In this document: positions 16,082 through 30,760 of the stretch, piece after piece
Layout: every line of letters begins with the position of its first letter
Position numbering within the stretch: position 1 is the stretch's first letter
From: the human T2T-CHM13v2.0 reference genome, Homo sapiens
Reading direction: 5' to 3' (one strand)
DNA length: 64,000 bases
Assembly (NCBI RefSeq): GCF_009914755.1
Contig: NC_060928.1
The notes under the pieces: model-generated
Database searches by the model: none
Told to the model about the DNA's origin: nothing
The model's input: the letters and a program-made list of their open reading frames with translations, nothing else
Program-made: the position numbers and the translations under genes

Positions 16082-18639
16082 TTATAGCACCCTAAAGACA
16101 TGAAGGGTAGTTTAGGCCCAATAATTTCTTTGTTGCAAATTAACATGTGGCAATTAAAACCCTAGTTTAGAACAATAATTCTCACAGAAAACTTCCTTTA
16201 TTCTGAACTGTGAGGAGGGATGGGGGGATTTCTGAACTAGAATCATCTTTCAGTTACATCTCCTCATTACCACTGTTATTTCTTTGTAGGGGTAGAATGA
16301 CCTCCCTGTTATATATTCCCCATTCAATATAGGCATCATCCTACATTGTAGTGGAAAATTTTTGAGAAGCACCATTAGATATACAAGAATGTTGGACCTA
16401 AATAAAACATGAAATTTATGTCCAATAAAAGCTAAAAATTACCTTGAACAAGCCATTAAAACTTATTGTTAAACTGCCTCTGCATCTGAAAATGAAGACG
16501 TTTAACTCTGACCTCTAATGTCCTTTCAAAAAATTATAACACCTAAATTATATCATTAAATTTTAGTATCTTGTATAGCAGTTTATTGAAATGGCTTTCT
16601 TTTCTTTGGTTGAAAATTCATAGCAGGCCAGAATTTAGATAATAGTATTTAATAGAGGTTACTCTCTAGTATGGAAAAAAGTATGGCAGACAGAACTGTA
16701 CTTTAATGGTCAAATAATAAAATATAACTTTGTATGTATCTCTACCTATTCTCTAATATTACATAAGGAATCACATTATTTTTGACAGGTGCCTAACTCA
16801 GAGTGCAATCCTTGCTTATGTCTCAGTCTGACTCAAAGCCTTCGTTTTTTTGCAGCTGATACCATGGGGAAGTATACGAAGACATGAAGGAGAGAGCAAA
16901 GAGTCAAATTTGTGTTTATTAGTTTACCAGACTAGGCTGCTAAATGAAAACTCCCCACAGCCCTTCTGCCTCCACAGGCAGGACCACTTCCAGGTCTGTG
17001 GTGGAGTCTGAGTGGAATAAAATAAGCACTTTTACACTTTGCTTTCCAACTGAATCTTATTAAAACATTGATAGTTCTTCTCTAAGGGTTAAGAGAAACA
17101 GGAATGCAGATTATGATGAAAAAATTGCCAACACAGGACTTTTTTGTAGCCATACACTTGTTTTGTTTTACATGAATATGCATGAGAGTTTATTTTTATA
17201 TTTTCACATGAAAATATTTATATTGTGATAATAGTTTGCCTCTGCACTTGAAATATGAGACTAGTTATATATTGATAAAATATTGTCTTTTTAACTCTCG
17301 TGGATACATATATTATTTCTTGAACTGATGAAAAATTTACTGTTGCTAAGCTTAAACATAAAAATTCTTATATAATTATATTTGAACAGGTATATGGTGC
17401 ATAATTGGAAATGGAGCATGATGGGGAGAAGTATGAACCAGAGACTTTTGGAAGAAGTCTGAATTCTGTGTGCTTTATATACATTTCTCATGAAGTAGGT
17501 CCACAGTTGTAAAGAATTTATTCCATTGCATACATTTATTCACCATTAACACTACTTCAAAACAACCCTTTATGCATAAACACATATATGAGAACAAGAT
17601 AAACTTGTTTAAATTTCTACTAAGGATTGTTTAGAAAATATCCAAATGAACCGAGCTTAAACCATGCTGAATATTCATACATCTCTAATTTTTTTAAATG
17701 TTGCTAAAAATTAAAAATAAGGTTTGCGTCTAGTAAGGTGACATATCTAGAGTTTACAAGATCATGTTTAATACTGTAAACCATCTATAATTTTAATTTC
17801 CTTTTTTCATATGCTGTGTGACAAACAATTCCACCATTATAAATAACCTTCTTTATAGAGTCATACTAATGGTGCCATAAAGGTATTACTTGATGTATTT
17901 CCTACATTTTTCTCTCCTTTGTTTTTGAAAAGATTTATAGTTATTTCTCTATTTAGCCAGCAGATGTGAAGTGACTTCAGGTTGATCTGTATCCATCAGA
18001 AAGTGCCAAATGTTTCTTATTTAATTCCATTTCCGTGGAAACCTGAAGACACTTCATGTATCGTCTTTCAATTTCCTGAAGAAAGATAACTTTCATTATT
18101 TTGGCATGAGACACTCTTAGAATGCCCTATGTCGAGAATAATTAGAATTTCACTCTTCAGCTTCTCTCCTGCAGTATATTGACTGTCTAAAAGAGCCTCA
18201 CTGTCTGGTGCCTGATAAATGTGTTCTTGAGTGTATGAACTGAAGTGAATCTGAGCCAGACCAGTTAGAGCTGTCCATGTGAAAGCCTAGATAAAGGTGT
18301 AAAAATGTACATGTTGAGACATTCATTAATTTACTGCATGACTATTCCATTTATTAAACAGAGGCTACTGTGACAGACTAGCTCAGATGTTGTGTCTATA
18401 GAGAATAAGAAAATAAATTCAACTACACAGTTACCATGGCACTTGCAAATTGAGTTTTAACAGTTACTTTCATTTCATTAAAACAAAGCCTAGATTAGTA
18501 CTGGTCCTAAACTCTTTCAAAAGACTTCTGCAAACTGTGGTGGGGGGACAAAAGAAATTTCATATGAAATACTGGTAGAAACAAAGACAGAAAGTAGGGG
18601 CAAAGCAATTATTTCATTTAAAATCACAATCAAACTCTG

Positions 18640-19090
18640 CCTCATGTCTTAACTCACACTGCTTTTCTAGAGCCACCTGCCATTTCACAAGTGAATACTT
18701 TGTGCCTCTGCCTAGAAGACTTTGTGCTGTCTCTCTTTCCACAAAATTGAATAATCTCTTCTCCCTTGTAACATTCAAAGACTTCAGAGATTGTTCTTTC
18801 ATAGCATTTTTGCCATACCGTAATTGTGATATTTATCACATTGCATTTTAATATTGTATTTGTTTTCTTGCCCAATTAGATGTAAGAATTTAAAATACAG
18901 TGACAACTTGTTTATATATGTATATAGGGGTATATATATGTGTGTGTATATATATATACATATACATATATATACACACACATATATAAGTATCTAAGTA
19001 TATATGTGCATTCTAAAGGGTTTGATACAAAGTTGATGCTCATAAAATGGCTAATGAATCAGTGGGTAAACAAATGAAAGAATGAATGAA
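18640..19090 (+). mobile_element. L2 3' end with an internal (TA/CA)n expansion at about 18913-19005
   Basis: gtgcctctgcctagaa...attagatgtaagaa...gatgctcataaaa, ending in the L2 tail gaatgaatgaa. Confidence 0.55.
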
Positions 19091-21374
19091 GAGAGAAAAA
19101 TACGACCAGTCACATGTTTTCAACACTGGATAGAATGAAAACTCTGCATTTAGTTCCAGGGTTGGTCAGAAAAGATAAAGAGATTTTTAATGGTTCTGAA
19201 TTCAAATGTGGATGGTAAATCCCAAAGTAATTCACCCAAACATTGTTTTAATATTAGGCCACATATTTGAAGAAAAACTGTTACCCATTTAATTGCATTA
19301 TTTGATTTTAAATATTAGAACTCTTATCTACATGGCAAACAGAAAACATGCTAGACTTGTTTGAGCAATATAATGATCACAGAGTATATAAAATACAATT
19401 AATGTCCATCCAAATGTATTTTAAAATAGTTAATAAACTTAGGAGCCATTTGTGAGAAATGTTGAAAGATTTTAATAGCTGAATCTGTAAATCGATACTG
19501 AAAAATTGAGGGGTTTTAGTTGAAGAGTTAAGAATCTTGAAGTAATGCAATAGAAAGGGGGGGAAATAAAGTTTGTTTAAGAAATTCCAAGGCATAGCTT
19601 TATTATATTAAGGTAAGAATATGAAATGTAAAGATCAGTGTTTACCTATTTGCCTGATGTATATTATGAAGGCTTCAATGTAAGTAGTAGCTGTTTAAAC
19701 AGAAAGGGAAGAAGAAACCAAGATGCTTATTTAAGAGGGTATAAGCAGACTGATGGTAGTATGAACACATGAGAAGCCAATGAGATGGTGAGTCAAAGTA
19801 GCCATACAGTTGCTTTCTACCCATGCCACTTTTGAATAAAGATTGATAATAAGGCAGAATGATGCTGAATTAAGAATTGTTCAAATGTTATGTTTCTTAG
19901 AGAAGTTAATAAAATTAGCCTTGGCTTGCTAATTTTGAGTAATACTTTATATATAAAGTTAGAGAAATACTGATGCAATGGAAAGCCCAGGGTAAAAAGA
20001 GGATTTATTTGAAATGATCAGTTTAAAATCCAGTACTTGGATGTATGAGTGGTATAAAGGAGACAGTAGAGAATGAAATAAACATCGACAAAAGAATTAA
20101 ACATGGGGTTAATGAGTAAGGCAATAAACCAAAAAACAAACAAGAAAACCACATTAGAGGCAGAGAAAGAAGCAAAATATCTAAGAATTGTGATAGCATT
20201 AACATATTTTTCCAAAGAAATATCCAAGTAGAGGAGTCAGACAACTCTGCTGAAGGTGCAGAGTAGTTAATCCTGGTGATATCAGGAGTGGAGATATCAA
20301 CTCACTCCAATTGCATGAGTGTAGTGGGTGTGTCTGGGATATCATTGATAATAAGTGCTGGAATGATAAAGAAAAATTTAAACATAAAAAACAGAGAATG
20401 AAGAGAGAAAAATGAAATGTGCTCTGTGCTCAGAAGGGGCTCACCCAATATACATAACTTTATAAAGTATTCACTGGTTAAGTAAAAGATTAAAGGCCAT
20501 GCAATTACTCACCCAAGTGGATACTCTAATATTGTTGGACATATAGAAATGGACAGGGGAAGACAGGTTCTCTGTGGCTTACCAAAACTTAATCATGAAG
20601 GATAAGATAATCAATTAAGATATAAACTGTCTAGTACTGTCACAAGCACAAGTGAAGTTTTTGTTTCGGACTTTTCAATTTCGGGAGAAGCCAAAATTGG
20701 TGAATATTTGAAAGCAAGCAGACATTTCCAAATAGAATTCTGGGACAAGGGAGAGTAACATTTTATTGTTCTTAAAAAAATAATTATAGAAAACCTATGT
20801 TTATAGACTGAATTTGGAAAAGTAAACAAAATGCAAAGGCATTGCAATTTACATGGGGAGAAATATTTTACAGCAAGACATTCAAAATGTCACCTCATAT
20901 CTAAGTACAGGCAAGTCATATTGCTGAGGTATGTAAGAAAAAGCAACTCCATCAAGCATTCTATTAAAAAAAAAACTGAAAAAAAACATAAAAAAAGAAC
21001 AAGCAATTCTTTGCTTTTGGTGATAAAGTAGATGATTCTGAAAGCTGTTCAAAACAATACCAGCTAAGGTTAATAGGCTTGCTGGAAGGTTGGAAGTTAG
21101 GAAGCCAGCCAATTTTATAGAACGATACTGTGAATGATATACTGGCAAATTTTCTAGGGCTATTTATATTTTTTATTGTCAACAGAATGTGCACATTGGA
21201 TGCCAATTTCCTTCATCTCACTGAGAATTTTCCTGAAATAATGTTTTCTTATAGATTAATTCCTGATTTTGATTACCCAAACAATTATGCCACATTCTAT
21301 TATATTGCAGTAAATCGTAGTATCCATCAGTTGCATTTTGGCTTTTCATGAAATATTTTGAAAAGTTAACCTTT

Positions 21375-21555
21375 TGCTAAAGGTACAGGCATTGGAAAAA
21401 TTCAAGTTTAAATTATAATTTCACCACTTAATATCTTGCAAGTTTATTTCCTTAGATGTAAAATGAGCTTAATAATACTTCCATTGCAGAACTGTTCTTA
21501 GAATTGAAAAGACTTGTAAATCTACTTGAATAGCACCTGTTACATGGTAAAGGTA
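21375..21555 (+). mobile_element. MIR
   Basis: tttccttagatgtaaaatgagcttaataatacttccattgcagaactgttcttagaattgaa...gaatagcacctgttacatggtaa. Confidence 0.6.
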
Positions 21556-21929
21556 GAAAAAAAAGTAAAGGGCTTGAAAGGCAAATTGATATTACAAACA
21601 CACACACACAGTATTATATTTTTAAAAAGGTAAAGTCACAGCTCTCATCTAAATATAATATGAACACATTTAAAATATGTAGTTTAACTCTTTAATGAAT
21701 GAGAGAACATGTAAGGTGTTATATCTATTCAACAGATTATCCTAAAAGCAAGCATACATACATAAACAGGAATGATGAAATTATTGGGCTCAATATAATA
21801 GATAATAAACTGGCTTCTTCTACAGGGTAAATGAAAATCAACTGCGCCTCCACCTGTCAAAATGCATTGTTTTATATGGATAAGAATTACTTTCACCATT
21901 GTCAGTACCTACTACTTAAAAGGTGTAAA

Positions 21930-22222
<293 letters not shown>

Positions 22223-22554
22223 GTGTAAAACAGCTCAAAGTAAATGAAAGACAGAGATAATCCTGATGTGTTTGCAGAACAGGCCACCCAGGAATAATTT
22301 TGGTTACTGTAGCCTTGCATTTCAATTTGTCCATTCACAATTATTTTTCTGACAATCCTCCCAATTTATGTTCATATCATAATAACAAAGAAGACTATAA
22401 TTGATTACAAAGAATTGACTAGTTTTGTTAGGTTTGGCCTGGTTGTTTATATAGGTCCAGCAACAGTTTTAATTAACCCTGTAGTTCTCCTTACATGTTC
22501 TTTTGCAAATCAAGTATCACAGAATATTTTAAAACCCACAAAGTCATAAAATTC

Positions 22555-24306
22555 TTTTTTTAGTTTTCATTTTTATTTTAGATTCAGGGGATACATGTGC
22601 AGATTTGTTACAAGGGTATATTTCTTGGTACTGAAGTTTGGGCTTCTGTTGATCCTATCACCCAGATAGTGGACGTAGTTACCAGTAGGAAGTTTTGCAA
22701 CCCTTGGCCCCTCCCTTACCCCAGCCATTTGGAGTTCCCAGTGCCTAGTATTCCCATCTTTAAAATCTATGTGAACTCAAGATATAGCTCCAACTTATAA
22801 GTGAGAACATGAGTTATCTTGGTTTTCTGCTTCTGCATTACTTTACTAAGGATAATGCCCTCCAACACCATCCATGTTCCTGCAAAACACATGATCCCAT
22901 TCTTCTTTGTGGCTGCATAGTATTCTATGATATATATGTACCACATTTTCTTTATCCAGCTCACTGTTGATGACCTAGGTTGATTCCATGCCTTTGCTAT
23001 TATGAATAGCACTGCAATGAACATAAAAGGACATGTGTAGTTTTGGTAGAAGTATTTATTTTCCTTTGGGTATATACTGAGTCATGAGATTGCTGGGTTG
23101 AATGGTAGTTCTATTTTTAGTCCTATGAGAAATCTCCAAACTGCTTTCCACAGAAGCCAAGCTAATTTGCATTCCCACCAACAGTGTATACACATTCCCT
23201 TTTCTCTGCAACTTTGCCAATATGTGTTACTTTTTGACTTTTTAATAACAGCCATTCTGACTGGCCTGAGATGCTATCTCATTGTGATTTTGATTTGCAT
23301 CTCTCTGATGATGAGTGATATTGAGAATTTTTTCATGTTTGTTGGCTGCTTGTATATATTCCTTTGAAAAGAGTTTGATCATGTCCTTTGCCCACTTTTT
23401 AATGGGGTTGTTTGGCTTTTTTCTTCTTGATTTAAGTTCCTTATTGATTCTGGATATTATGCATCCTTTGTCAGATGCATAGTTCGCAAATATTTTCTCC
23501 TTCTCTGTAGGTTGTCTGTTTACTCTATTAAGAGTTTCTTTTGCTGTGCAGAAACTCTTTAATTAAGTCTGATTTGTCTATTTTTTATTTTGTTGCATTT
23601 GTTTATGGGGTCTTCATGGTAATTCCTTTGCCTAGGCCAGTCTTTAAAAGAGTATTTCCTAGACTTTCTTCTGGAATTTTTGTAGTTTGATGTCTTACAT
23701 TTAAGCCTTTAATCCATCTTGAATTAATTTTTATAAATGGTGAGAGGTAGGAGTCCAGTTTTATTCTTTTGCACATGGTTAGCCAGTTTTCCCAGCACCA
23801 TTTATTGAATAGGGTATCCTTTCCCTATTGTTTATTTTTGTCAACTTTGTCAAAGATGAGTTAGTTGTAGCTATGTGGCTTTATTTCAAAGGTCTCTGTT
23901 CCATTGGTCTATGTGTCTATTTTTGTACTAGTACCATGTTGTTTTGGTTGCTGTAGCCTTGCAGTATAGTTTGAAGTCAGGTAATGTGATGCTTTCAACT
24001 TTGTTCTTTCTGCTTAGGATTGCCTTGGCTATTTGGGCTCTTTTTGGTTCCATATGAAATTTAGGTTTTTTCCTAACTCTGTGAAAAATGACATTGGTAA
24101 TTTGATAGAAATGGTGTTGAATCTGTAGATTGCTTTGGGCACTACTGACATCTTAATGATATTGACTCTTCCTACCAATGAGGATGGAATGGTTTTTTCC
24201 ATTTGTTTGTGTCTTCTGTGATTTCTTTGGGCAATGTTTTGTACTTCTCATAGAGATTTTTCACCTCCTTGGTTAGGTATATTCCTAGATATTTTATCTT
24301 TCGTGT
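22555..24306 (-). mobile_element. 5'-truncated L1 (old L1PA, about PA15/16), 3' 1.75 kb
   Basis: 3'UTR ttttagattcaggggatacatgtgcag... and ORF2 C-terminus MFIAVLFIIAKAWNQPR (22767-23024). TSD aagtcataaaattc (22541-22554) versus aagccacaaaattc (24307-24320). Confidence 0.92.
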
Positions 24307-24536
24307 AAGCCACAAAATTCACTTCTTTATGAATGTTTTCATAAGGAATTTTGGATTATGCTTTTAAAGGTATCTATTTGCTATTGGGAGGATAACAAAA
24401 CAAACCCAAGAAATGTTCTCTACAAGATTTCAACTGCAGTGTCTGTAAATCTGAGTGAATTCTTCTCTTCCTGAGGTCCCCAACATTTCTCAAAGCTCCT
24501 GCACTGGCAGGAGTTTAACTTTCTTACAGTCTAAAA

Positions 24537-25040
24537 TGCTGAGACCAGCTCGGTCGGGGAGACCCTAACCCAGTGGCGCTAGAGGAATTAAAGACACACA
24601 CAGAGAAGTGTGGAGTGGGAAATCAGGGGACTCCTCACAGCTTTCAGAGCTGAGAGCCCTGAACAGAGATTTACCCCCATATTTATTGACAGTAAGCCAG
24701 TGATAAACATTGTTTCTATAGATTATAGATTAACTAAAAGTATTCCTTATGGGAAACAAAGGGATGAGCCGAAACAAAGGGATGGGCTCTGGCTAGTTAT
24801 CTGCAGCAGGAACATGTCCTTAAGGCACAGATCATTCATGCTATTGTTTGTGGTTCAGGAATGCCTTAAGTGGCTTTCTGCCCTGGGTGGGCCAGGTGTT
24901 CCTTGCCATCATTCCGGTAAACCCACAACCTTCAGCGTGGGCATCATGGCCATCACAAATATGTCACAGTGCTGCAGAGATTTTGTTTATGGCCAGTTTT
25001 GGGGCCAGTTTATGGCCAGATTTGGGGCCTATACCCAGCA
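24537..25040 (-). mobile_element. MER9 solo LTR (HERV-K HML-3)
   Basis: 504 bp, TG...CA ends. The minus strand begins tgctgggtataggccccaaatctggccataaactggcccc, as in MER9. Perfect 6-bp TSD ctaaaa at 24531-24536 and 25041-25046. Confidence 0.92.
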
Positions 25041-26802
25041 CTAAAAGACTAAGCCAAATGAACAAGGTAAAAGGCCAGTTTTCCTAATAGAACTTTTATG
25101 CTTTGGCTCTGTCAAGAAAGCTAAACACTATTATTTAAAACTAACTTGTTATACTTTATTCAGTAAGCATGATTCTCAAATAAGATATTTGAAGTATGGC
25201 TATGACTGCACAATTTGTCAATTATGTGCTGGTAAGAAGGAGAAGATATTGCAGTAGAAACTATGCAATCTACTCTCTTTTGCAATGAAAATTAAGGAGA
25301 CTCAAGATTTTATAAATTCTGGAAGGTCAGGGAGAATCAGATATCATTTTAAGATGTCATATTTCAATGTATAGAAGTAGAGTTTATTAAGTTGTTGTTG
25401 ATTGTGAATAGCTTAAGAAAGAAGAAAAAGGTCTTCCTTACATATCTGGAGAATGGAACCTTAAAAATACATCAACAATATTCCAAGTAACCACAGTGTA
25501 ATTTCCTTCAGCGTTTATTCAGTCCTACGTAATTAGTTTTTTTTCTGCTGGATCCTGGCTTATCCATCCATTTGCCTGCAGCTGACTTACACTACACTAA
25601 AATGAGTCCTGGAAATCCTAACTCAGTCAACAGGTATGGTATGGAAGTTATCTAAGTGATGTTTGGTCAGAAACCTATACCCATGGGTCCACTCTTTTAA
25701 CGGTCAGTAGTTAGACATGTCTGGTACAATACTTTTCTACAAAACTCTGAGACTATGTTTATTTGTTGAATATACAATGACTGGCTCGTAGCAGAACCTT
25801 CTAGCAAGTGTAACAGTAAAATCAAAACTACCCACAGATGAGAGAGGATTAATTTCTGGCTGTGGTTAATTTATTACTATAATCAGTATATCAGGAAGGA
25901 AGATGGTAAAATTCTCTATTGCAATATAGTACATTCTTTCCCTAAAGAGTTTTGATCAGTGCTTTTCCCAAGGGTAAGTACATATTATAGATATTAAGCA
26001 CATTGACAAAACTCCAGAGTTTTCCCATAAAGCAGAAATATTTATTTTGATAACATTTTACCTATACAAATTTAATTTAGAGGAAGTTGAGCATATCTTC
26101 TGATGTGACAATTTTCTATGCAACTCTTACAATAGTAACACAGAAAACAAACCTAATTATTTCTAGTGTTTCTTTTTATATAAAGAGAAAAATAAAATAT
26201 GTGTGATTTTCCAAAATCCATCTGAAAAGCCTCAAAGAAAATTTTAAGTAGATTTTTTCTTTACAACTTTAATGCTGGTTTTGGAAAGGCAAAATCAAAA
26301 GCATTATCGGAGATTTGGGTGCTTGATTAGGGTGCCTGACACAGGTGCCTGAGAAGCAACAGTTGGCATGTGTATTTAATTAAAGTGACAATAAAGCATT
26401 TTAAAGAAACAGAATATAACACATTTATAAAGAACTATATCTCTTACATGAGTTAGGAAACTCTGGTCTCTCTTTCTCTCACTCTCTCTCTGTAATAAAG
26501 AGCATTTCAAATTGAGCATAAGGCACAGAAAATTAATCTGACATAACACAGAATCACTGCTATCCAGGAAGATTGCATTGAATTAAAGAATAACCTTTTT
26601 TACTGTTGCTAAAGGCACTAATTAGAAACAAAGGCAGAAAGTTTGTACAAATTGAGTGAACGTTGCTAAAATTTTAACATATTTCATAGCTTTTTTTTGG
26701 AAGTAGATATTATAGACCAGGGCAATTAAAATTCACCTTCCAAATGTTATCCTTCACTATGCTTGATCATTTTCTGGAACCAATTGACACTTCACCCTAG
26801 GA

Positions 26803-27043
26803 CAGTAGTTCTCTCAGGGGTCTATGAGGGCAAAACAATTTCCATAAAAATACTAAGATGATAATCATGTTGAAATGCAATACATTATTATTGCTATCTT
26901 CAAATGAATTGATAAACAAGTGTTAAAAGATATCAGTTTCAATTCCCAACACAGTAAATATAGATAGCCACACAGACAAAAGTTATTTAGGCAGTGCTCA
27001 AGAGTATAAAAAATCCAGAAATTAAGAAACCTGAGAATTGCTG
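26803..27043 (+). mobile_element. Charlie1-like hAT deletion derivative
   Basis: Termini cagtagttctc... and ...tgagaattgctg. Internal tcaggggtctatgagggcaaaacaatttccataaaaatactaag and caaaagttattt resemble Charlie1 ends. No TSD recognisable. Confidence 0.65.
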
Positions 27044-29776
27044 AGAAGTTAGGAAAAAACCTACACTTTTTCACTTGATAAAAGCACACATAGAATTGTA
27101 TTTCTCTGACACTGCTGTTGCTAGTATAGTTTCAAATCCTTATATTAATAATATCTTTTAACCCAAGTAACTAAATTCTATTTTACAGAAAAAGCAGCTG
27201 GCTGGATAAATGAGAACTGTCTGTCTCACACAGCATTACCATTATGAGAACATGTAATGAAACTTTCTAAGGCCACATAGGTCTCACCCACACATTCATG
27301 ACGCAAAGCTATAGTCTCTCTTTATAACATAAAATTTATGTTAAAAGGCATACAAACATAAAATGATGCTTCATACATGCTTTGGTTTCCTATCTTACTT
27401 GGAAATTTGTTAGGTATATAAAAATATCCTTTAATTAATGTAATAAGAGAACAATAATTTAAATTATTTAAACATCTTAGAAAGTATCTTCAAGCTGACA
27501 TACTACACAGCATAATTACTGTAGAAATAAATAGGTTGACAAAGTAATGATCCAACTTATTTGCATAGATTTAAATTTTTCTTAATTTTAAATATTATGC
27601 ATGGGTAATTTCACCTTATTTAAACAGCAGACCTGTATAAATTTGAGAAAACAAACCTAAGTAGAATAAAGTGTATGCTTTTACTCTACTCAACACAAAT
27701 TAATCATGGAAGAGACACAGCTACCTTTTTTAACACAAAAATTATTCAACTAGTCTTATTTGTCAATGTTTATTCTAATTATGTGAATTTAGTATCTTCA
27801 AAAAGTCTTCAGACTTTTTTTATAAGAAATTTCTTTAAGTTGAGAACATTTTTAAACTATTCATTTTTTAATTTCCTTTATTTCTGGGACTTTGGATCAT
27901 TTAGTTTACGTATTTATTTATCTCTATAAGCCAATTGGAACATAGCTTATAATTTAAGATAAATATAGGTTATTTATACCCTCTAGAAAGAGTAAAACAT
28001 TTCACACTAACACAATCAGAGGTAAAGGCCTTTCTGAATTACAGAAACATAGACACAAAGATACATAGAGTACTTATAGCTTCACATTTTTAACTTCACC
28101 CATAGGTCAAGAGTAAATACACAGATACGGATCAGACTGAGTTTGTTTCCTTCACGTGGGCACCATATTTTGAACTGAGAATTTTATAAAAACAATCAAA
28201 AAAAGAATAAAAACCTCATTCCCTGTCATCTTTTACCCAACAGAAAACAGATTCTATAATCCAACAGCAATGATCAACAAATAACCAGATCATTAAGCCG
28301 AATTTTCAAACATTGCTCTCACCAATGGAGAATAACTTGCACACAGTAAGAACAATAGAAACTTCAACAAAGCACAAAATTATTGGGAAAAATACAAGAA
28401 ATACAAAATCAACATTTAACTAAAGTTCTATTGTCACTTGTGTTTCCCTCTGGGAGCAAGAAAATAGCAGCAGACCAGCAGTATGATTTGCATTTATTTA
28501 ACTCATTCATTAAAGAAGGCACCAATGAGATACTATAAAACAGTTCAAAGGAGAACTGAAAGAGAGACATATATTAAATTATCAGGAATGTTGAAATGAA
28601 TTTGATTAATAGATGGAAAATTAACTTATTTGGGAAAGAGAAGGAAATCAATAGTACCTCCAATGGAGGAAATTCATTTTGCATTGCCTATGAGAAAAAT
28701 GATTTGCATCACTATCAGTTATCTACAATTTAGAGTGGTAACACAGATCAAGACAGTGAAGGATGAGCTAGACAAAACACCCAGTGATCTTTTTCTGTGC
28801 ATTTCAAAGTCATTCACAATTATTCCTGACAGTATCATTGAGAATAATTTTCCTAATTGTTCCTAGTAAATGAACTGATCTCTAATTCTAAATGAATAAC
28901 AAATGAATCTAATCAACAAAGTTCCCAATAGAACAAATTATAACCTACTGAAGAAGTTAATGAAATTTGTAAAATTGCATATAACCAGCTTATTGAAAAA
29001 TTGGATGTTGCAGAATGTAATCAGGGAGAAACTTTATTCTTCTTCACAATTTCCCTTTTCAGTGCATTTAATAGATTGTTTTTCTTCCCTAACTTTGAAG
29101 GAAATCACAAGAAGATCTCAATGATTTCTGGTTCATTTCAGATAACATAAATTCTTGTCAGTCTAACATCAAATCTTTAACCACTCTTTAAGTCTAAGAT
29201 TTCTCTTTCCCCTGCTGATAAGCAAGAAAAGGGAGGCACAGTCTTCCTTTCTTGATCTCCTGCCCCATGCTATGGATTTTCATGGAAGCTTTAAAGTTTG
29301 AGGCAAGAGAAAAGGAAGAAATAAGGGTCAGAAAGTTTTTCCTGCGTTGGAAGATCATAATGCAGCTTTGGGCTTAATATATGCCAAAAGCTAACTCTTT
29401 CTTTAGTGGCATTTTCTTGAGAGTCATGTAGTTTCCTGGAATTCCTAAAGTGGTTTATGGTGTTCCTTCTGTCATTTGGTTGTTTATGTCCTTACCACTC
29501 AAGCCCGTCTCCTACAGGCCATACTAAACTGCTGGCCTTTCCTATGGAGCTTCCCTGACCCCAGGCTAGCAGTCCTCTCGGAAAGGGTCTTTTAGAGATG
29601 GCTCACCGTTGGCTCCCTTTAACACATGAAAATCAATGTCATTGCCTGGCAGCCAGTAGAAGTGTGTCTCAGAGCAGTCCATTTGACTCTGCTTTTCCAA
29701 GGAAACTAGCTCTGGCGTTTTGCGCTTAAACTTTTCAGACTTGAATACAGTCTTGGTTCACTTAAAAGCCCCACTC

Positions 29777-30129
<353 letters not shown>

Positions 30130-30144
30130 TCACAATATACTAGA

Positions 30145-30278
30145 AACTTCTCTCTAAGTCCTTAGGAAGAAAAAATGTCATAGTGAAAAATATTGCATGT
30201 TTTCAAAACTCTACAGAATATGAGCCAGGAAGTTTTCTAAAAATTATTTTCTAACTTCTCTCTAGTTCTTTAGGAAGA
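30145..30278. repeat. 26-bp direct repeats enclosing a copy of 31594-31679
   Basis: aacttctctctaagtccttaggaaga versus aacttctctctagttctttaggaaga (23/26 identical). The enclosed sequence matches 31594-31679. Confidence 0.9.
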
Positions 30279-30649
30279 CCTCTGTTACAGTGTCTTCAAC
30301 TTCATATTGCATATTTTTTCCTGCTCCTATATAGCCTACAGGTACTGTATGAGCTAATACTAGCAGATTTTTTTAAAGCTTTAGGATTTGCATAGATACC
30401 CTAGAAACTTCTTGGAGAATTTCTTCCTATATAATTTGGCTTACACTTACATAGTAAGTGTAAGTTTTTTGAGCAGATATAGAATCTATGTGCTTTATAG
30501 GAAGAGCTACTGTCTATAAGGAGGAAAAAAAGGTGTATATCTTTATGATAAATTATATGCATGTAATGATAATAGTTATAGTAACAGAAATAATTTAGAA
30601 TGCTGATTCTGTATAAAAAAATTATTTCCTCTCTTTTCTCACTCATATG

Positions 30650-30760
30650 ATTGTCTATGAAACAATTACTACTATTGTTGTTATTTATAGTTGGAGAAAC
30701 AGATGCTTAGAGAGTTTAGAAGATATGTCCAAGATCACCTAGCTAGTAAGTGCTTGGATC
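30650..30760 (-). mobile_element. MIR core
   Basis: ttatagttggagaaacagatgcttagagagtttagaagatatgtccaagatcacctagctagtaagtg. Confidence 0.65.

Larger units (their letters stand above)
22300..28300 (-). mobile_element. Degenerate MER4-group ERV1 internal sequence, split by L1PA, MER9 and Charlie1
   Basis: Segments such as aggtttggcctggttgtttatataggt, ttttcataaggaattttggatt, gtgaattcttctcttcctgaggtcccc and acaaggtaaaaggccagtttt match my recollection of MER4-group internal sequence. They continue across the inserts. No ORF. Ends are uncertain. Confidence 0.55.

Noticed and set aside
22555-24306. Idea that this L1 3' piece is the displaced missing end of the L1 at 3579-8344, since their breakpoints are close in consensus coordinates
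   Set aside because: It has its own 14-bp TSD, appears to be a different subfamily and lies on the wrong side. It is an independent 5'-truncated insertion.
24984-25030. Repeated tttatggccag/ggggcc units
   Set aside because: As I recall, this is a normal feature of the MER9 U3 start and not specific to this locus.
24610-25044. 144-aa ORF
   Set aside because: It lies antisense within the MER9 LTR, starts at GTG and resembles no retroviral protein.
30145-30278. CRISPR-like repeat-spacer-repeat unit
   Set aside because: There are only two imperfect repeats and no cas genes, the context is primate, and the spacer is a copy of adjacent DNA.
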